Shown here one piece after another: positions 25,101-25,943 of a DNA stretch of 25,943 nucleotides; positions within the stretch are counted from its first letter, which is position 1; each line of letters starts with the position of its first letter. The stretch covers positions 64,001 to 89,943 of the IMG/VR virus record IMGVR_UViG_3300049596_000323. One strand, given 5' to 3'. A model generated the notes under the pieces. It was not told the origin of the DNA. It made no database searches and saw only the letters and a list, made by a program, of their open reading frames with translations. The DNA is from a virus. Its lineage: Duplodnaviria > Heunggongvirae > Uroviricota > Caudoviricetes. The position numbers were made by a program, and so were the translations under genes.

Positions 25101-25943
25101 AATCACAATCTTCTTGGATAGATCTTTTAACAACTGTACTGAGTTAGGTTTAATCAATCTAGCAAAGTTTTGTTCACTAGAAATTAAATCTTCCATTGAA
25201 GCAATGTATTCATTCTCAATAGACTTAGAATAGAACTTATCTACGTCAGAACCATAGAACTCTTCGTCTTCATCAACATCTTCACCAACTTCAACAGTAC
25301 CTATTTTAGATAACTTGTTGGCAATCAAGAACTTACTAATAGCTCTTTTAGCTTCAGCTTCATTCTTACCAAAATAAGGGATATACCTAGGCATACCATC
25401 TTTATCAATATATACATTCTTTAAATAGATGGATAGCTTATCTATATCAAAGTCAGATCCAGCCTTCTCAACTAATGCTGAAGGTACTACAATAGAGTCA
25501 CCAAACTCTTGTGGAAGGAACTTAGCCACCACAAATCTATCAATAGAGTTTTGTTTTTCAGTTGGGATACGGAAACCTACACCAGATAAAAGTTTCTTAC
25601 CTTCATCTGTAGTGTTTAAATATTTCAACAATGCCTCATCAGACATGTTGGTCTTAAACCATTTACGTATCATCACTTCACACACACGCTCACCCTCTGC
25701 ATTTCTATAGAACTTTAATACACTAGATGCATATGTTTTTTTACCATTAATCTCTTTAACCTCAGCTCTAACTGATTCCAACATAGCAGAGCTAATTTGC
25801 ACCTTCATACCACCTGTCATCTTAGGAGATGCAAATGTGTTCTGTGCAATAGAGTATAATGTATTTACAATTTGTTGATATGCTGGAGTTGCTTCAATGT
25901 CTTGATTACCAGCTATTAAGCTATCAACAGCTTTTAATATATT
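22191..25943 (-). CDS. crAss-like virion-packaged DNA-dependent RNA polymerase (C-terminal part; 5'-truncated by the window)
   Basis: GFRIPTEKQNS...GDSIVVP...AGSDFDIDKL (DFDID at 25440-25454) and GKYAIGIAA match the phi14:2 gp66-type two-barrel RNAP. The frame stays open from the track start (25820) to the window end (NILKAVDSLIAG...SPKMTGG). Confidence 0.85.
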   Translation of the reverse strand, partial: NILKAVDSLIAGNQDIEATPAYQQIVNTLYSIAQNTFASPKMTGGMKVQISSAMLESVRAEVKEINGKKTYASSVLKFYRNAEGERVCEVMIRKWFKTNMSDEALLKYLNTTDEGKKLLSGVGFRIPTEKQNSIDRFVVAKFLPQEFGDSIVVPSALVEKAGSDFDIDKLSIYLKNVYIDKDGMPRYIPYFGKNEAEAKRAISKFLIANKLSKIGTVEVGEDVDEDEEFYGSDVDKFYSKSIENEYIASMEDLISSEQNFARLIKPNSVQLLKDLSKKIVIKKFGKEFDYVSTSNLLNQTFMSTIRDAFVRGKYAIGIAAQAQTNHALNQRDVVIVDHRKYVIPEDASWLGDKKVKFSKYNKFKIGNDVFPLLSRVKDANNEHDISDIIAMFIGGYVDIAKGPWIMELGANPTVAPTWLFLVKIGVPIEEVANFMNQPIIIDYLKELQNLGSAFLFSREAFNKVRINAKYRVGDSGYTIKDGTIPSGKELSALVGKNALNDKEKLQQAFMLNEFLKYSKMAEHLFRVTQATKFDTANINNPYTIYRMDDAIITNSPSEYSTNLIGSATGNILENSFIGDLRNKYSGIKDVYAQAIVSEKKENAQAIQELLFNRYKRLGDRKFSKLARRIVNNIFDFSVQTLDEYNMAIGDSLVNVNNTAKQIAEFVKQVRDNENHDLHNNLIINSFQYQPSQLEGGADSIKLTGKDNKTYDQNQIIYAFAQLKDYLKANNNYDLYKGLITLSIVQSGLNNSAISFTGFIPYEDFRERYSEPMSRLNTTTIGKFAEVDAFERNNWNNPDVVSFKRPKMVYNEDGFAFSDLKGTITIQHEELQAAMERGEFPQMLNIPVKDRAARKDFLVYTWEVGTAEEKQKLKEAGDFSYIKKGLFKKVYDEQASPSVPLRYGKAKNFIYKQINAWGDGQRANEFYDHARVSQINNGFDPVEFEKADYEIAGYINEDKIQKEIRQGYQTDPTEEELQANFENSLMEDEDNFTYEEEIPEEIVPSQGVQTSDMTPQAIYKLVNRMDDATDATGLALRYIAGGGKIGEESLYKEVTAKRDSRLVPGKQTKQESTLRDFVTKDGPSISEVAHSIWEGLDETLQSKIDDQDIRNELNDVISSTIKRLEAAKTYVDRYATPDDFFRVAAPVKVAEKKLEERKIVINGQAYTERGDNLYKNNELVKNQRVMEIYAVRKEIQSGKIKITTYGDANYFVLSDNKIVSSAKATLGQEAKLSEEIKKMILDKAVKYKKTC

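Noticed and set aside
585-25710. Short ORFs overlapping real genes (585-830, 2671-2877, 6434-6685, 8247-8465, 8597-8914, 9182-9535, 11300-11623, 17118-17387, 17886-18143, 19695-19937, 20936-21175, 22268-22501, 22991-23239, 23040-23246, 23473-23664, 24199-24516, 25429-25710)
   Set aside because: Fully nested in well-supported longer genes, with no recognisable motifs.
1-25943. Stop-codon reassignment as found in some crAss-like phages
   Set aside because: Code 11 gives dense, full-length genes, and TAA, TGA (4479, 5284) and TAG (4913) all terminate genes at sensible overlapping junctions.
1-25943. tRNA, rRNA, integrase or transposase
   Set aside because: Intergenic gaps are short (140 bp or less) with no cloverleaf seen, and no recombinase or transposase motifs appear in the ORFs.

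Overview
AT-rich segment of a large tailed phage, most likely crAss-like (Crassvirales-related) and infecting Bacteroidota. The right half (minus strand) is a virion module. It holds a 5'-truncated virion RNA polymerase with the DFDID catalytic motif, a 1699-aa cargo/ejection protein (zincin-like HExxxH, PD-(D/E)xK domain, C-terminal hydrophobic helix), and two giant fibre proteins built from proline-free Gly-Thr-Ser triplets. The larger fibre ends in a Cys-rich beta-roll head and a Peptidase_S74 chaperone. Converging on the fibre genes across a bidirectional terminator is a tightly coupled plus-strand operon. It encodes a four-domain methyltransferase/GT-A/GT4/Aah-TibC-type protein O-heptosyltransferase fusion, an APS kinase, a HIGH-motif nucleotidyltransferase, a GT9-like protein and a PAPS-dependent sulfotransferase. 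DUF6165 and DUF2061 genes are transcribed divergently, and TAnnTTTG Bacteroidota-type promoters are present. Best hypothesis (inference): a phage-encoded protein O-glycosylation plus methylation plus sulfation system that decorates its own Ser/Thr-rich virion fibres. All family assignments come from motif recognition by eye; no database search was run.
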